From an uncultured bacterium (GTDB taxonomy: Bacteria > Babelota > Babeliae > Babelales > Vermiphilaceae), in the NCBI GenBank assembly GCA_963702025.1, contig OY969699.1, positions 1,184,001 to 1,248,000 of the forward strand: a stretch of 64,000 nucleotides of DNA, given 5' to 3'. The stretch's first letter is position 1, and each line of letters starts with the position of its first letter. The position numbers were made by a program, and so were the translations under genes. This document shows, one piece after another, positions 11,244 to 21,502 of the stretch. A model generated the notes under the pieces. It ran no database searches. It was given only the letters and a program-made list of their open reading frames with translations, and was not told the origin of the DNA.

Positions 11244-12089
11244 ATGAAAATAACAAAGGTAATTATCCCGGCGGCAGGATGGGGAACACGATTTTTGCCT
11301 TTCACCAAAGCAGTGCCCAAAGAGATGGTACCGCTGTTGAATAAACCGGCGATTCAGTACATTGTGCAAGAAGCGGTTGATTCTGGGATAAATAACTGCA
11401 TTGTGATAACGTCTGCCCATAAACAGGCGCTTATTAATTACTTTAGTCCGCAACCAGCACTTGAGGGTTTTTTACAAGAAAAAAATAAACTTTCATTACT
11501 TACTGGGTTACAAAATCTGTGCAATTCAGTAACCATGGGCTATATCATACAAGAAACAGCGCTCGGTTTAGGTCACGCGGTTGGCCTTGCCAAAAATAAG
11601 ATCACTGATGATTATTGTGCCGTTATGCTGCCCGATGACATTATGGTGAGTACCCCCCCGGCACTCGCGCAACTGATAACAATTGCGCAAACCTACAAAG
11701 CAAGCGTTATTGCCGTGCAAGAAGTGCCTGATAATGCCGTTTCTTCCTATGGCATTGTTGCGATAAAAAAGCAGATTGAGCCCGGGATTTTTGAGGTTAG
11801 TAGCGTTGTTGAAAAACCCACGGTGGCAAATGCGCCGTCACGGCTTGCTATTATTGGCAGATACATACTTTCTCAAAAAATATTTAAAGCACTAGATGAA
11901 CTTAAACCGGCAGCAAACGGTGAAATACAGTTAACCGATGCAATCGCTTCATTAATCGCCAGCGGTGAAAAAGTCCTTGCCTACACGGTACAGGGAACTC
12001 GGTACGATGTAGGAACTCCTCACGGCTGGCTCACTGCCAATAGGGACATGGCACGTCACAATCCAGCATTTTCAGATATTTTCGAATAA
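11244..12089 (+). CDS. galU: UTP-glucose-1-phosphate uridylyltransferase
   Basis: PAAGWGTRFLPFTKAVPKEM, LGLGHAV, VEKP, GEIQLTDAI. Confidence 0.92.
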   Translation: MKITKVIIPAAGWGTRFLPFTKAVPKEMVPLLNKPAIQYIVQEAVDSGINNCIVITSAHKQALINYFSPQPALEGFLQEKNKLSLLTGLQNLCNSVTMGYIIQETALGLGHAVGLAKNKITDDYCAVMLPDDIMVSTPPALAQLITIAQTYKASVIAVQEVPDNAVSSYGIVAIKKQIEPGIFEVSSVVEKPTVANAPSRLAIIGRYILSQKIFKALDELKPAANGEIQLTDAIASLIASGEKVLAYTVQGTRYDVGTPHGWLTANRDMARHNPAFSDIFE

Positions 12090-12094
12090 AAACA

Positions 12095-12133
12095 CCCTAC
12101 GATACGCGTTAAACCGCTACTCAGGGCAAACGG
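12095..12133. repeat. Family A repeat unit (degenerate)
   Basis: CCCTACGATACG-spacer-CTACTCAGGGCAAACGG. Confidence 0.65.
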
Positions 12134-12201
12134 ATCTCATAATTATTGCAATTTGAATATTTTTCATGATACTCTCTACAGTGAACATAGGGGAGCGGAT
12201 C

Positions 12202-12417
12202 ATGAAAATAGTAAATTTTGGTTTAATAATTAGTTTAATAATTTCAGTTGTATCATACGGTTGTCCAACATGCGTGGGGAAAATAAAGGCCGAAAGTTTA
12301 GCTTTTTTTTCTAACGATTTTTATCAACCAAACCAACCAATACCGCGCGAAAACAAAGAACAAGTTGGCCATAAAGAACTCAAAAAAATATTCACCAAGA
12401 AGGAGGTTCGCCAATGA
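12202..12417 (+). CDS. Small exported protein with CPTC motif
   Basis: GGGGAG RBS, signal-like N-terminus then GCPTC; stop overlaps the next start (ATGA). Confidence 0.65.
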   Translation: MKIVNFGLIISLIISVVSYGCPTCVGKIKAESLAFFSNDFYQPNQPIPRENKEQVGHKELKKIFTKKEVRQ

Positions 12418-12668
12418 AGTTGCAACTCTTTTTGTTATTATTGATTTCGTTTGATATCTATGCTTCTTTCGGTTGCATGGATTGCAGTTGGCATATGCAA
12501 CAGAGATACGACAACAAAGAATACCATGTTGTTACTCGTGCAATGGGCAAACATGAAACATGTTGCCCCTGCCCGTGCAGAAAACTCAGTTTAAGCCGCG
12601 GCGAATGCCAAGACTGCCACCATTACCATTATGTGCAACCATGGGTAATAATTAGATATAAAAAGTAA
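12414..12668 (+). CDS. Small Cys/His-rich exported protein
   Basis: AGGAGG RBS; CMDC, CCPCPC, CQDCHHYH. Confidence 0.7.
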   Translation: MKLQLFLLLLISFDIYASFGCMDCSWHMQQRYDNKEYHVVTRAMGKHETCCPCPCRKLSLSRGECQDCHHYHYVQPWVIIRYKK

Positions 12669-12671
12669 CTA

Positions 12672-15050
12672 TTATTTCTTATACCGCATTAAAAATGGCA
12701 CTATCGCATCAGGATTTAATGAAACTGATTCAATGCCCAGTTCAATAAGAAAATCGGCAAGCTCCGGATAGTCCGATGGTGCTTGACCACAAATCCCGCT
12801 ATATTTCCCAGCTCTTTTTGCGCCGGCAATAGCCAGCTCAAACATTTTTTTCATCGCCGGATCCCGTTCATCAAAAACCCCGGCAAGCAAGGGAGAGTCG
12901 CGATCCACGCCCAAAGTTAATTGTGTAAGATCATTAGAGCCGATTGAGATACCGTCAAAATCCTGTAAAAATTCATCAATCAGCATAACATTTGAGGGAA
13001 CTTCACACATCATGATAATGGATAAATCATGCTGTTTTTGTATCAAATTATTTGTAGCCATCTCTTCAATAACTTTCTTTCCCTCAGCAAGTGTGCGCAC
13101 AAATGGGATCATAACTTTTATATTGGTAAGCCCCATAATTTCACGGGCTTTTTTAAGCGCCGAACATTCCAAGGCAAATGCGTGTTTATAACGATCCGCA
13201 CAATATCTGATCGCGCCACGAAACCCAATCATCGGATTTTCTTCATGCGGCTCAAAGTATTGCCCACCCAGTAAATTACTGTATTCGTTGGTTTTAAAAT
13301 CGGAGGTGCGGACAATTACCGGACGCGGGAAAAATGCTGCGGCAATCGTAGCAATTCCTTGGGCAAGTGTATCAATATAAAATTCTTTTTTATCCGCATA
13401 GCCGGCCGTAATTTCATTAATCTGCCGTACCATTTTTTTATCGGTAACAATCTCGGGGTATAATAAGGCGAGCGGATGTATTTTTATCGTATTGGTAATA
13501 ATAAACTCAATCCGCGCAAGCCCGATCCCATCAACTGGTAAAAAAGATAATGCAAAGGCACGTTCCGGGTCAGCCAAATTCATTAAAAGTTGCACCGGCG
13601 GTTTTGGTAATACATCCAGAAGAATCTCTTTTTTTTCATAGGCGACAGCGCCTTCATACACATAGCCGGTAATTCCTTGGGAACAATCGATGGTAATGGT
13701 TTGGCCATTGTGTAATATCGACATTGCATCATGAACCCCCACAAGGGCCGGGATTCCCAATTCTCTGCTCACAATTGCCGCATGACAAGTTCTGCCTCCC
13801 ATTTGGGTGATAATCCCCGCAGCCTTTTTGAGAAGCGGTACCCAATCAGGATCGGTCATGCGCGTTACAATAATGTCCCCTTTTTCAACTTTATCAGCCT
13901 CCCTTATACTCTCAAGATGGCACACTTTGCCGCTCACAATCTGTTGGCCAATACTCTGACCGTGTGCCAGCACTTTAATTTTGGAAGTATCAGTAAATGT
14001 ATAATTAGTATATGAAAGCCCTTTTTCTTGGGCATGCACCGTTTCGGGCCGCGCTTGCACAATATACAGCATATTATCAATGCCATCCTTTGCCCACTCA
14101 ACATCCATAGGGCACCAGGATCCTTTTTGATCGGTATACAATTTCTCAATGGCGCACACCGATTTTGTCAGTTCCAGAATTTCATCATCAGTTAAGCAAA
14201 ATTGCTCTTGCTGCGCCGCCGGCACCGCGGTTTGCATAGTGCCTTTTGGTTTATAGACAATTTTAATCTGCTTACTGCCACGTTTTTTAGAAATAATTGG
14301 CTTGAGGTCATCACGCAAGGTCGGCTTAAATACGATATATTCATCAGGTACCACAAGCCCTTGCACAATTGCTTGGCCAAGCCCATATGAAGCATTGATA
14401 ACAACCACATCTTTAAAGCCGCTTTCGGTATCCAAAGAAAAGGCAACACCCGAAGAAGCTTTATCGGATCGCACCATTTTTTGTACCGCAATAGAAAGAG
14501 CAATCTTTTTATAATCAAAACCTTTGTCATTGCGATACACCATCGCGCGATCGGTAAAAAGAGAGGCAAAACATTTTTTGCATGCATCAATAAGTTCATC
14601 CTTGCCACTAATATTTAGGTATGATTCCTGCTGACCGGCAAACGAAGCAGACGGAAGATCTTCGGCAGTTGCTGACGAACGCACGGCAACATGAATATTT
14701 TTTTGTTGATACTCTTTTGCCAATCCGTGATAGGCAGCATATATTTCTTCGGCAAGATCGGCAGGCATCGGGGCAATATGAAATAGATTGCGTATTAAAT
14801 GGCCCACTTTGTGGATCTTATCAAGATCGGCAAAATCATGAATATCATCCATCATTTTTTCTATATGCGGCATGAGCCCATTCGCATTAACAAAATGCCA
14901 GTATGCATCGGCGGTAATCGCAAAACCGTTGGGCACTTTAACTCCGTGAGAACTGAGCCGTGAATACATATAGCCAAGCGATGCGGTTTTGCCGCCAACC
15001 AAGCCAACATCGCTAATCGTAATTTCAGAAAATTGCTTAATAAATTTCAT
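12672..15050 (-). CDS. ppsA: Phosphoenolpyruvate synthase
   Basis: AVRSSATAEDLP, GGRTCHAAIVSRELG phospho-His, SIGSNDLTQL; start at MKFIK. Confidence 0.96.
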   Translation of the reverse strand: MKFIKQFSEITISDVGLVGGKTASLGYMYSRLSSHGVKVPNGFAITADAYWHFVNANGLMPHIEKMMDDIHDFADLDKIHKVGHLIRNLFHIAPMPADLAEEIYAAYHGLAKEYQQKNIHVAVRSSATAEDLPSASFAGQQESYLNISGKDELIDACKKCFASLFTDRAMVYRNDKGFDYKKIALSIAVQKMVRSDKASSGVAFSLDTESGFKDVVVINASYGLGQAIVQGLVVPDEYIVFKPTLRDDLKPIISKKRGSKQIKIVYKPKGTMQTAVPAAQQEQFCLTDDEILELTKSVCAIEKLYTDQKGSWCPMDVEWAKDGIDNMLYIVQARPETVHAQEKGLSYTNYTFTDTSKIKVLAHGQSIGQQIVSGKVCHLESIREADKVEKGDIIVTRMTDPDWVPLLKKAAGIITQMGGRTCHAAIVSRELGIPALVGVHDAMSILHNGQTITIDCSQGITGYVYEGAVAYEKKEILLDVLPKPPVQLLMNLADPERAFALSFLPVDGIGLARIEFIITNTIKIHPLALLYPEIVTDKKMVRQINEITAGYADKKEFYIDTLAQGIATIAAAFFPRPVIVRTSDFKTNEYSNLLGGQYFEPHEENPMIGFRGAIRYCADRYKHAFALECSALKKAREIMGLTNIKVMIPFVRTLAEGKKVIEEMATNNLIQKQHDLSIIMMCEVPSNVMLIDEFLQDFDGISIGSNDLTQLTLGVDRDSPLLAGVFDERDPAMKKMFELAIAGAKRAGKYSGICGQAPSDYPELADFLIELGIESVSLNPDAIVPFLMRYKK

Positions 15051-15237
15051 GGTAACCAAACAGAGTAAATGGGGTGTTAAATAACTCTCAGGATACAAAT
15101 GAAAAAAATGATAGACAACTCTTTTTAAAAAAGGCCGTATTTTAGCAATCTTTTGTTGACACTCAATAGGGCATCTTGTATCATAAATGCACGGTTTTAA
15201 CGCGCATTTCTTCATCGCATATAAGGAGATTATATAT

Positions 15238-15777
15238 ATGCAACTCATGGCTCGTCATAAATGTATCATTGCTTCTTTAGTCTTTGGTCTTATTACGCCC
15301 TTAGCGAGAGCAGAGGATCCCAAACCTAAATTCGACGAAATACATTTTACCCCAATGGGTTACCTTGTTGCGGGAATTCTGGGCAGTGCTTTATATCTCT
15401 ACACCCAATTAAATTACAAAAAAACTGAACCAAAGCGCGTCTACCCAAAAGATGATTCATGGCTTGAACTGTTCAAATATATTCATGATGAACTATTAGT
15501 TGGGCAACGATATTTGCCTGACCGAGCAGCAGCATGTCATCAAGATCCGGAAAACCCAGAACGCATGATCAACGAATATACCAAAGTTGAAGCACGCGGA
15601 CTTGCTGGTCAAACGCAATATTATATGGAAAAAGTTGTCTGGCCTACTGTTGTTCTTATGGTTGCTATTAATGCATTTAAACAAGCAATTGGTGCAAACA
15701 CTGATGCGTTCATTAAATTTGTAAATGACCCTAAGAAACTTGTTGAGATTGTGCCACCCGCAGCAAAAGCATCATAA
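15238..15777 (+). CDS. Hypothetical membrane/exported protein
   Basis: AAGGAG RBS before MQLMAR; signal plus two hydrophobic segments. Confidence 0.7.
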   Translation: MQLMARHKCIIASLVFGLITPLARAEDPKPKFDEIHFTPMGYLVAGILGSALYLYTQLNYKKTEPKRVYPKDDSWLELFKYIHDELLVGQRYLPDRAAACHQDPENPERMINEYTKVEARGLAGQTQYYMEKVVWPTVVLMVAINAFKQAIGANTDAFIKFVNDPKKLVEIVPPAAKAS

Positions 15778-15800
15778 CTCTTAATTACGGAGAATATTCT

Positions 15801-16406
15801 ATGTTACTATCATTAAAACGAACTGTTCTGGTTATCGTAGCAAGCGGATTTTCTTTGATCTGCCACGCGCAAGAACCGGCCAAAAAAGAAGAAACAACCT
15901 TATCTAAAATTACAGATCAAGTATTTACAACAATAAAATCAGAAGGCCCTGCACTAGCAGTTTTGGGTCTATTGTTTTATCTCGGGACTTGCGCAAATCT
16001 TCCTACAACAAGAGACAAAAACGATAATATCATTTCTAGCATGCCTACAAGCTTCATGGAAAAGCTATGCCATGAACTGGGCAAGGCAATTATAACTCCG
16101 TGGGCCTGGGGTGAAAAGAATAAACTTATTATCCCGCCAGCACTTGCGGGTTGGGCGTTAGTACGTTTTGGACCGGATAAAGCAATTAACAAATTTCATG
16201 ATTTTATGAGATTCCTCAACATGAAATATGGCATTCTCAATCCCGCAATTAATATTCCGGCAGAAACGCCAGCGCCAACTACTCCGGCTTGGGCAAAAGA
16301 CATCTTAGCACAACAATCAGAAATTAAACGTGAGCTCGCTGAAATGCAAAAACGTATGAATGGCACTAATATCCCAGAAAATGCAGTTGAAATAAAAGCT
16401 GCATAA
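15801..16406 (+). CDS. Hypothetical membrane protein with C-terminal coiled coil
   Basis: 201-aa ORF, GGAG RBS. Confidence 0.7.
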   Translation: MLLSLKRTVLVIVASGFSLICHAQEPAKKEETTLSKITDQVFTTIKSEGPALAVLGLLFYLGTCANLPTTRDKNDNIISSMPTSFMEKLCHELGKAIITPWAWGEKNKLIIPPALAGWALVRFGPDKAINKFHDFMRFLNMKYGILNPAINIPAETPAPTTPAWAKDILAQQSEIKRELAEMQKRMNGTNIPENAVEIKAA

Positions 16407-16420
16407 TTCAAAGTAAAACC

Positions 16421-16453
16421 GAAAAAGAGCCGAGTAATTCTCGGCTCTTTTTC
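16421..16453. terminator. Bidirectional-type intrinsic terminator
   Basis: GAAAAAGAGCCGAG-TAATT-CTCGGCTCTTTTTC. Confidence 0.8.
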
Positions 16454-16492
16454 TTAGTATCAAAATAATCCACGTACAAAAGGTGATTCGTT

Positions 16493-17728
16493 ATGAAAAA
16501 TAAAATAATCCTCCTCACACTCGGCATAATTTTTCCCTTTAGCATTAGTGCTATTAATTGGACCCCCTTTGCAAATTTTGTTAATCAAATTGAAAAACGT
16601 GACCTGGCAATCGGTGCTGTGACCCTGACGGTTGGTGGTCTAAGCGGGGTTCTTATCAACAATAAGTATAATGCCAATGCACTTGCACTTGAAAATTTAA
16701 AAATCAAACAAAATAAAGAAAAACAAATAGAACTCCGCAAAAAACAAGAAGAAGAAAAAGCTGAACGGATCAAGCAAGAAGAACAAGACAGAAAAAATAA
16801 AATTGAACAACAAAAAAAGGATGCGCACAGTTTGCTTGATCATATAAAAAATCATTATAACCAGCAGTTTTCTCTTCTAGCATCAGAAAGGCTTGATCAT
16901 GATAAGCAAGCTTTTATTAATAGCATAAGAAGTATGTATAACAGTCGGCCATTTTTAACGTTTTATCAGTCTCTTGAAACGGATATATTACAGTTAAAAG
17001 CCGCGGAAAATATCATACCAGAAAAAGAAACGGTACGAATCGAGCTTGCTGAGAAACTCGAAAAAATAAAAAATAACTACAATCTTATGCTTGCTGACCA
17101 TCAGGAAATTGAGCAACAGAAAAACGATCAATTAAAAAGGCTCGCTGAAGAACATCAACGCAAAAAACAAAAAGAAGATCTTGAGCTTGAGAAAATACGT
17201 AATGACGAACGTTTTAAAAAAAATAAAGAAGAGATGGAGCTTGAAAAATTACGAATCGAGCAACGGCATGCGCGAGAAAAAGCGCAATTAGAGCTTGAAA
17301 AGCTTCATGCAGAAATTGCGTATTACAAAACATCTAAGCAGGATATAACCAAAGAACTCGAGGCAATTAAACACGAACTAAAAAACCGTGACAAAATGCA
17401 ACCGTCATGGGCAGCAGAATTTACGCGACTCATAAAAGATGAGATTACGACATTAAAAAAACGTATGGACACGGTGGAAAATTCAATCGTTGGCAATATT
17501 GCGAGTTTCAAAAAAGATGTTGCTGATGTTAAAAAAGATGTTAGAGATTTCAAGCAAATCCTTGAAAAAAATCAGCCACAGTCATATATATTGCCACCGC
17601 CCTATAATCCAGCGGCACAGCAACCATACAATTCACCAGTTCCGTCACATCAACCACCACCAAGTTTTGGGTATGGTGAAACACAAACTAACCCGGACAT
17701 GGTAGCCATTCCGGTGCCAAGAAGCTAG
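16493..17728 (+). CDS. Exported/membrane-anchored coiled-coil protein with Pro-rich tail
   Basis: Signal, TM segment, long E/K-rich helix, C-terminal PPPY. Confidence 0.8.
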   Translation: MKNKIILLTLGIIFPFSISAINWTPFANFVNQIEKRDLAIGAVTLTVGGLSGVLINNKYNANALALENLKIKQNKEKQIELRKKQEEEKAERIKQEEQDRKNKIEQQKKDAHSLLDHIKNHYNQQFSLLASERLDHDKQAFINSIRSMYNSRPFLTFYQSLETDILQLKAAENIIPEKETVRIELAEKLEKIKNNYNLMLADHQEIEQQKNDQLKRLAEEHQRKKQKEDLELEKIRNDERFKKNKEEMELEKLRIEQRHAREKAQLELEKLHAEIAYYKTSKQDITKELEAIKHELKNRDKMQPSWAAEFTRLIKDEITTLKKRMDTVENSIVGNIASFKKDVADVKKDVRDFKQILEKNQPQSYILPPPYNPAAQQPYNSPVPSHQPPPSFGYGETQTNPDMVAIPVPRS

Positions 17729-17777
17729 TGTAGTAATTAAGGCTTAAGATAAAAACTAGAGACACAATTGAAAAAGG

Positions 17778-17825
17778 CCGCTCGTGGTGAGTAGGCTCTG
17801 CAAGAGCCGTATCGAATCCATGCGG
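17778..17825 (+). repeat. Family A repeat, left flank of the GIY-YIG gene
   Basis: CCGCTCGTGGTGAGT-[GGCTCT GCA AGAGCC]-GTATCGAATCCATGCGG. Confidence 0.9.
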
Positions 17826-17844
17826 CCTAAAAATTTAAGATATT

Positions 17845-18132
17845 ATGAATTGCTTTTATGTATATATTTTAAGATGCAATGATAGCTCTTATTATGTCGG
17901 ACATACTGATAATATTGAAAAAAGAATTGCAGAGCATGTCTCAGGTTCTTATCCCGGTTATACACAAACGCGTTTACCTATAGAGCTTGTTTATATGCAA
18001 GAGTTTGCAAGCCGTGATGAAGCCCTCAACGCAGAACATCAAATAAAGAAATGGAATCGAAAGAAAAAGGAAGCACTTATTGACAATGATTGGAACTCTT
18101 TAAAATTGTTAGCGAAAAAGAAATTCTATTGA
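17845..18132 (+). CDS. Stand-alone GIY-YIG nuclease (UPF0213/YhbQ-like)
   Basis: YVYIL...YYVGHT, conserved R (EKRI), H and E (NAEHQIK). Confidence 0.9.
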   Translation: MNCFYVYILRCNDSSYYVGHTDNIEKRIAEHVSGSYPGYTQTRLPIELVYMQEFASRDEALNAEHQIKKWNRKKKEALIDNDWNSLKLLAKKKFY

Positions 18133-18148
18133 TGAATGTTTATTAAAC

Positions 18149-18194
18149 CCGCATGGTTCGATATGATTGCTTCGCAATCACTCACCACGAGCGG
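18149..18194 (-). repeat. Family A repeat, right flank of the GIY-YIG gene (inverted)
   Basis: Reverse complement CCGCTCGTGGTGAGT-[GATTGC GAA GCAATC]-ATATCGAACCATGCGG. Confidence 0.9.
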
Positions 18195-18240
18195 GTTTTA
18201 TGATTAACTTTTACAATTCTTACCTTGAAGATAATCTTAT

Positions 18241-19920
18241 CTACTTTCTATTTGCTTGCCGTGCAATACAGGCAACAATAAATCCCTCAAAAAGCGGGCT
18301 TGGGTTTCCAAGCCTGCTTTTAAATTCAGGATGTGCTTGGGTGGCAATAAAAAATGGATGGTCCGCAATTTCTAAAAATTCCATTAAGCGTGTGCCATCA
18401 TGCCGTTCATGATAACCGGAAAATGTAATGCCTTTTTGTTCCAGCACATCAACATACACCGGATTCACTTCATAGCGATGACGGTGCCGTTCATTCACGA
18501 CATATTTTTCCTCGTAATACTCTACTTTATTAGCTTTTGCGTAGAGTTGCGCCACTTTACTTTCTTTTTTTACGGTGGCCGCATACCCGCCAAGCCGCAT
18601 CGAGCCACCGATAGAATGCTCGGCAAGCATCTGTTTTTGGGTAGGTAAAATGTCGATAATAGGAAATTCAGTAGCATCATTCACTTCTGTGGTATGTGCC
18701 GTTTTTAAATTGCAACTAGTGCGCGCAAATTCAACGGCAGCCAGCTGCATGCCATAACAAAGTCCCAGATAAGGAATATTATTGTGCCGAACATAGCCGA
18801 TTGTAGAAATCTTTCCTTCCACGCCAGCACTGCCAAAGCCACCGGGAATAATTACCCCATCAAAAAGAGCAAGTATCTTGAGCTGCTCAAGATTCGTTGT
18901 TTCAAACATCTGCGCATTGATCCAATTAATTTCAATGCCAATATTATGCTGCGCCCCGGCATGTACCAATGCCTGATAAATGCTCACATAACTATCAGTG
19001 AGACTAAAATCACCAATGTCCAAATATTTACCCACAATAGCAATTTTGACTTTATAGGATGGATTTTTGATTGCGTTAACCAATCCGTTCCACCTTTGCC
19101 AATCCGGCACTCTTTTAGATGGTAAATGGAAATGGCGCAACACTTTTTGCCCGAGTTGCTCACGTTCCAGGTAGAGGGGCATTTCGTACACCGTATCGAT
19201 ATCAGGCGCAGAGATAATTTGATCTGCATGCACATAAGAACATTGTTCTATCTTTTTCTTGCGAATTTCATCAAGCGGCTGCTTTGCACGGCAAATGATA
19301 AAATCAGGCAAAATTCCTTCTTGCCCCAGAAGCCGTACGGCTTGTTGCGTCGGTTTTGTCTTCATCTCTTGCATATGATCAGGAATCGGCAAGTAGGTGA
19401 CCAACACATAGGCGATACTGTCAGCGCCAAGTTCCCGCTCTAAACCTTTGATTGCAAATAAAAATGGCACGTTTTCATAATCACCGACGGTGCCCCCCAA
19501 TTCTATAATGGCAATCTCATAGCCTGCTGATGCATCTAGGATGCGGCGTTTAACTTCATCCAAAATATGGGGCATAAATTGTACCGTTTGGCCCAAATAT
19601 TCGCCACGTCGTTCACGATCAATAACCGTCTTATAAATTTGGCCGGTGGTTATGTTATTTTTCTTGGGGATATCTTCATCTAAAAATCGTTCATAGGTAC
19701 CCAAATCTTGGTCAATTTCGCCGCCATCTTCTGTTACCCAGACTTCGCCATGTTCCGTGGGCCTCAAAGTCCCTGCGTCGTAATTGATATACGGATCAAT
19801 CTTAATTAAGGTGGTTTTATACCCATGTTCTTTTAAAATCTTGCCCAAGGATGCCGTGGTTACGCCTTTGCCAACCCCGGAAATAACTCCTCCTGCAACA
19901 ACAATAAATTTTGTATTCAT
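18241..19920 (-). CDS. pyrG: CTP synthase
   Basis: GGVISGVGKG, KTKPTQ, GLCYGMQ, RHRHRYEVN, HPE. Confidence 0.97.
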   Translation of the reverse strand: MNTKFIVVAGGVISGVGKGVTTASLGKILKEHGYKTTLIKIDPYINYDAGTLRPTEHGEVWVTEDGGEIDQDLGTYERFLDEDIPKKNNITTGQIYKTVIDRERRGEYLGQTVQFMPHILDEVKRRILDASAGYEIAIIELGGTVGDYENVPFLFAIKGLERELGADSIAYVLVTYLPIPDHMQEMKTKPTQQAVRLLGQEGILPDFIICRAKQPLDEIRKKKIEQCSYVHADQIISAPDIDTVYEMPLYLEREQLGQKVLRHFHLPSKRVPDWQRWNGLVNAIKNPSYKVKIAIVGKYLDIGDFSLTDSYVSIYQALVHAGAQHNIGIEINWINAQMFETTNLEQLKILALFDGVIIPGGFGSAGVEGKISTIGYVRHNNIPYLGLCYGMQLAAVEFARTSCNLKTAHTTEVNDATEFPIIDILPTQKQMLAEHSIGGSMRLGGYAATVKKESKVAQLYAKANKVEYYEEKYVVNERHRHRYEVNPVYVDVLEQKGITFSGYHERHDGTRLMEFLEIADHPFFIATQAHPEFKSRLGNPSPLFEGFIVACIARQANRK

Positions 19921-20005
19921 ATGATTTCCAAATCAAACTCAAAAAAACCAACTCGGTAATTGTAGCAAACTACGCACGACTTATCTAACAAGAAATATAC
20001 GGTAA

Positions 20006-21256
20006 TTACAACAACAATCCAACAACCATGGCAGAAAGTAGATTAGCAAGTGAACTTCCTAGTACCGCATACAATCCCAACTGGGTAATCGTGTGTTGTT
20101 TATCCGGCGCTAATGCACCAATCATGCCAATTTGTATGCCGATACAAGAAAAGTTGGAAAAACCACAAAGGGCATACACCAAAATAGTAAAAGTACGCGG
20201 ACTCACCGCCGCTTTGGCAAGCTCACTAAAGGCAACCAACTCATTGACCGACACTTTAATGCCCAGCAATTTACTCGCTTGCCATAATTCAGCGCCGGTA
20301 AACCCCAGTAAATAAGCAAACGGAGCAAAGAGATACGAAAGGATCAGTGCAATGCTTAGCTGAGGAAGTTGTAGCGAAAACCATTGATTCAAATGATGAC
20401 TGATGGACCCCAATAAATAATCCCCCAATGCCAATAATGCCAAGAAGGAGATTAACATCGCCGCAACACCGAGGGCAAGTTGTAATCCATCCATAGTTCC
20501 TTTAGCTATAGCATCAAAACTATTTGATCTCTTTTTTTCGAATTTAATAGCTAAATTATGTTCCACTGATGATTTTTGCGTTTCGGGAATCAATATTTTA
20601 GCAATAAATATCGATGCAGGAATACTCATCACACTCGCCGTTAACAAATGTCCACCGGGCATACCGATCAATGTATAAATCACGAAGACCGAAATACTGA
20701 TCGCTGCCATGCCGCTGCACATCAGCACAAAAAGTTCTGAACGCGTCATCAAATGAATATAATTACTCATAAAAAGAGCCGCTTCCGTTTGCCCTAAAAT
20801 ACTATTGGCAATTGCTGTCATCGTCTCAATGCCCGATGCGCCAATCAAAGGTCTAATAATGGCGTTTAAGCCAATTACCAAACGTTGGATAATGCCCCAA
20901 TGGAATAAAAGCCCCGTGAGTGCGCCGACAAAAATTATTACGGGCAACACTTTAACTGCAAAAATGAAACCCCACGGTAGCGTATGATCGCCAAGTTTAC
21001 CAAACATAAATTCAATACCTTTGTCGGCAAACACATATAACATGCCGGCAGCATCCGCTATTTTACCAACAACAACTTGCCCCCAAGAGGTTCGTAACAT
21101 GGCAAAAGCAAAGACAAAATGAAGCGCCAGCGCACTCAGAATTAATCGCAGATTGATTGCGCGCCGATTTTTTGAGAAAGCATATGCGATGAGCGCAATT
21201 ACTAGAATGCCGACAATATTTAAATAACGATTATATTCGATGAAATAAGAAAGCAT
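20006..21256 (-). CDS. nupC: Concentrative nucleoside transporter (NupC/CNT family)
   Basis: FAVKVLPVIIF, GQTEA, NELVAF, LCGFSNFSCIGI; many TM segments; start uncertain. Confidence 0.88.
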   Translation of the reverse strand: MLSYFIEYNRYLNIVGILVIALIAYAFSKNRRAINLRLILSALALHFVFAFAMLRTSWGQVVVGKIADAAGMLYVFADKGIEFMFGKLGDHTLPWGFIFAVKVLPVIIFVGALTGLLFHWGIIQRLVIGLNAIIRPLIGASGIETMTAIANSILGQTEAALFMSNYIHLMTRSELFVLMCSGMAAISISVFVIYTLIGMPGGHLLTASVMSIPASIFIAKILIPETQKSSVEHNLAIKFEKKRSNSFDAIAKGTMDGLQLALGVAAMLISFLALLALGDYLLGSISHHLNQWFSLQLPQLSIALILSYLFAPFAYLLGFTGAELWQASKLLGIKVSVNELVAFSELAKAAVSPRTFTILVYALCGFSNFSCIGIQIGMIGALAPDKQHTITQLGLYAVLGSSLANLLSAMVVGLLL

Positions 21257-21502
21257 GAAAATCCTTATGTTGTTACTTCTTTGTAACCAATAATTGCAAA
21301 ACATTTATCTAAAATATCTTTTGCATACCTATCCCTTATTAATTAAAACAACTAGGCAAAAGTATAACGGAAAAATAAGAAAAAAAAGTAAATTTATTTA
21401 TTTTATGAGCAAAACCCTTTTTTTTGGTTTTGATAGTTGAATAAACAATAAAAAAGGCCCGTATCGCTACGGACCTTCATAATTAAAGAAGCAGATTATA
21501 TA

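Noticed and set aside
15051..15248. Long N-terminal extension of ppsA (similar extensions on 29596, 25820 and 42495)
   Set aside because: Recognisable sequence begins at downstream Met codons; the extensions overlap promoters or opposite-strand genes
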